Source: a virus (lineage: Duplodnaviria > Caudoviricetes). From it: a stretch of DNA of 27,733 nucleotides. This document shows, one piece after another, positions 25,243-27,733 of the stretch. How positions within the stretch are numbered: the first letter of the stretch is position 1; each line of letters opens with the position of its first letter. The DNA lies in the IMG/VR virus record IMGVR_UViG_3300042549_001563, positions 1-27,733 of that record, one strand, 5' to 3'. The position numbers and the translations under genes are program-made. The notes under the pieces are model-generated. The model was not told the DNA's origin, ran no database searches, and worked only from the letters and a program-made list of their open reading frames with translations.

Positions 25243-27733
25243 ATGGCAAATACAAACCCTGGTGGTATAGACTTAAACACCAGTCCATACTTTGATGATT
25301 ATGATGAAGATAAAAAGTTTGTAAGGGTTCTCTATCGTCCTGGACGTGCTGTTCAGGCTAGAGAACTCACACAAGCACAAACTCTTCAACAAGTGCAGAC
25401 TAGACGCTTTGCTGAATATTTTTTCAAGCAAGGCGCATTAGTCGATGGTTGCGAACAAAATCTAGACTTAAATTTAAGTTTCGTTAAACTTCAACCTACC
25501 TATAATGGTAGCACGGTTGCTGTTGCGAATTTTGTCGGTACCGTAATCTATGGTGCAAATAGCGGCATCAAAGCATATTGTGGACTAGTTACAGACATTG
25601 AAGGCGATGACCCTAAAACATTGTTTATTAGTTATGCGACAAACGGTACGCAAGTTCTTACTGTAAACGTTGCACCATCTACACTTCAAACGGGAAATAC
25701 AATTACTTTCTCGACAGGTAATACTGCAACAATTGAAGCATATTATACAGACCCAATCAGCGGTGTTAATAAAATTTATGTTTCAAATACAAGCGGAACA
25801 TTAACAGCAACAACAGCAAATACAGTATTATCTACTGGATCAAATCAAGTTATTAACGTTACTGCGGTTGCCGATTTTCGTGCCAATACTACATTTGCAA
25901 ACTCAGAAACAATCTTCACATCAAATACAACTGGCAGAAATTATGCATCGACAGCTACAACAAATGCTGTTAGAAACGTTGTCGATGAAGGTCTTGCTAC
26001 AGAGAAAATCTACAACTACGGCTCTAAGATTACTGTTTCTGAAGGTGTTGTTTACGTTGCGGATCACTTTGTTAAGCATAGTACACAAACAATTCTACTT
26101 GACAAATATTCAAATGAACCATCTTATAAAGTTGGTTTAGTACCTACAAGGTCTTTTGTTGATTACATTGAAGATCAATCTCTTGTTGATAATGCTCAAG
26201 GTACTCCAAACTTGCAAGCGCCAGGTGCTGATAGATTAAAGATTGATACGACTTTAACTAAAGTCGGACTAACTGCGACTACCGATGAAAATGAATTTAT
26301 CACAGTCACAGAAATTGATACTGGTATTGCTAGAAAAAGAAAAACAATTACTGTTGATAGCAAGTTAGAAGATGTTTTAGCAAAACGAACAAATGAAGAA
26401 TCCGGCAATTACACATTGTCTGATCCAATCGTTACCATACGTGAACATCTTTTGAGTGGAACCAATAGTGGTAGATACACTTCTGCTGAAGGTGGTAATA
26501 GTGATTTGCTATTAGTTGAGGTTGAACCTTTCACATCATACGTTTCTGGATACAGAAATCAGATTATCACAAAAACTCCAATTGAAATTGAAAAGGGTCT
26601 TAGCACATCATATGTGCAACAAACAAAGACACAAATCAATTACGGACAATACATTGAAGTTAAAGAAGTTGTTGGTGGTTGGGACATTATGGAATCGACA
26701 ACCGTTGACCTATATGATACACCGCAACAAGTTATTACAAATTCAGCACACTCTACTGCATCTGTTACTGGTAATCAAATCGGTACTGCAAGAGTACGTT
26801 CTATTGAATATGTAAGTGGTACTAAAGGTACTGCTGATGCAAGATACTATTTGTACTTGTATGAAATCACAATGAATTCTGGAAAAAACTTTGCTGACGT
26901 TCGTGCTGTTTATGATTCCGCAACACCAAAACGTTTTGCTGATATTGTAACAACTACCGCTGGTGCAGTATTACAAGAAACATCGTTCAACACGATGATT
27001 TTTTCATTGCCATATGACGCAATTAAAACTGTACGTGACTCTTCAGAAAACGTTGAAACATCTTTTAGATTTAAAAAGAAATTTACTGTTTCATTCTCTT
27101 CTGGTGTTGCTACTGTTGCTACTGACGTTGTTACAGAAACATTCGTTGGTACAGACACATTAAATGCCACACAGAAAAACGACTACTACATGGTTGTCGT
27201 TAACAATGCTGGCGCAAACGTAGAGACTTCTGCGTTGACTGGTACTGTTACTGTAGGTGCGGCTTCTAATACTGTTACGGGAAGTGGAACATCATTCACT
27301 ACACAATTGAATGTTGGTGATTTAATTAAAATCAATAGTTTGACTAGACAAGTTGCTTCTATTACAAACGCAACGTCATTGATTTTATCATCCACACATA
27401 CAACTGGTGCTAGTGCAAACACATTCACTAAAATTATTCCATCTGGAACAATTCTATCTCTTTCTGCTAATGGTGGAAAGGGAAGCACAAGAACTGTTAA
27501 CGTTACTTCTCCTGGTACTGCACAAATTGACATTCAAGAAAACGCAACATTTACTGCTGACGTTCTTGTGTCTATGGACAGAGCAAGTGCTAGAGAGAAA
27601 GTTAAGACGTTAAACTTTCAGACTCAGGCTAACATTAATCCAAACACACACATCAATGGTCTATCTGGTCCATTTGGTTTGGGTTATGGTGATATCTATC
27701 AGCTACATGCTGTTTATCAATCATCATCATTTA
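25243..27733 (+). CDS. DUF4815/VrlC-like large virion structural protein (partial; absent from ORF track)
   Basis: My translation from ATG 25243: MANTNPGGIDLNTSPYFDDYDEDKKFVRVLYRPGRAVQARELTQAQ...DNAQGTPNLQAPGADRLKI...LAKRTNEESGNY. Frame appears open to the window end (about 830 codons). Usual position after gp8. Confidence 0.88.
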   Translation, partial: MANTNPGGIDLNTSPYFDDYDEDKKFVRVLYRPGRAVQARELTQAQTLQQVQTRRFAEYFFKQGALVDGCEQNLDLNLSFVKLQPTYNGSTVAVANFVGTVIYGANSGIKAYCGLVTDIEGDDPKTLFISYATNGTQVLTVNVAPSTLQTGNTITFSTGNTATIEAYYTDPISGVNKIYVSNTSGTLTATTANTVLSTGSNQVINVTAVADFRANTTFANSETIFTSNTTGRNYASTATTNAVRNVVDEGLATEKIYNYGSKITVSEGVVYVADHFVKHSTQTILLDKYSNEPSYKVGLVPTRSFVDYIEDQSLVDNAQGTPNLQAPGADRLKIDTTLTKVGLTATTDENEFITVTEIDTGIARKRKTITVDSKLEDVLAKRTNEESGNYTLSDPIVTIREHLLSGTNSGRYTSAEGGNSDLLLVEVEPFTSYVSGYRNQIITKTPIEIEKGLSTSYVQQTKTQINYGQYIEVKEVVGGWDIMESTTVDLYDTPQQVITNSAHSTASVTGNQIGTARVRSIEYVSGTKGTADARYYLYLYEITMNSGKNFADVRAVYDSATPKRFADIVTTTAGAVLQETSFNTMIFSLPYDAIKTVRDSSENVETSFRFKKKFTVSFSSGVATVATDVVTETFVGTDTLNATQKNDYYMVVVNNAGANVETSALTGTVTVGAASNTVTGSGTSFTTQLNVGDLIKINSLTRQVASITNATSLILSSTHTTGASANTFTKIIPSGTILSLSANGGKGSTRTVNVTSPGTAQIDIQENATFTADVLVSMDRASAREKVKTLNFQTQANINPNTHINGLSGPFGLGYGDIYQLHAVYQSSSF

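Noticed and set aside
25868-27613. Short ORFs listed in the track at the right end
   Set aside because: They lie within the long DUF4815 frame starting at 25243, which the track omitted because it has no stop in the window.
1-27733. Stop-codon reassignment, introns/inteins, tRNAs, CRISPR arrays
   Set aside because: Core genes are full length in the standard code, with TAA, TGA and TAG all used as stops; no such elements were recognised by eye.

Overview
AT-rich fragment of a large T4-like (Tevenvirinae/cyanomyophage-type) myovirus genome, read with the standard genetic code. Left arm (+ strand): GDPD-like phosphodiesterase, secreted SleB-type cell-wall hydrolase, two unknown small genes, and gp33-gp59-gp32 ending at a strong intrinsic terminator. 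A - strand block encodes gp4, gp2, a tail-tube-like protein (gp19/gp54), gp26, gp51, a 3TM-holin-like protein and a 1554-aa tape-measure/hub protein with an M23 peptidase. A + strand block encodes gp48, gp53, a gp27-like hub, a zeta-toxin-like P-loop kinase plus a small partner, a short lysozyme-less gp5, an Hc1-like basic protein, gp25, gp6, gp7, a LamG lectin protein, gp8 and a DUF4815 structural protein that runs off the window end and is missing from the ORF track. No tRNA, CRISPR or mobile element was seen. Two signals stand out. (1) An apparent programmed -1 frameshift cassette fuses gp26 to gp51: three overlapping in-frame slippery heptamers with an SD 10 nt upstream, in the lambda G/GT position between tail tube and tape measure. 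(2) An Ig/Calx-beta-like domain is cut in two by a TAATG stop-start at the gp7/LamG junction. All family calls come from motif recognition and synteny, not from database searches.
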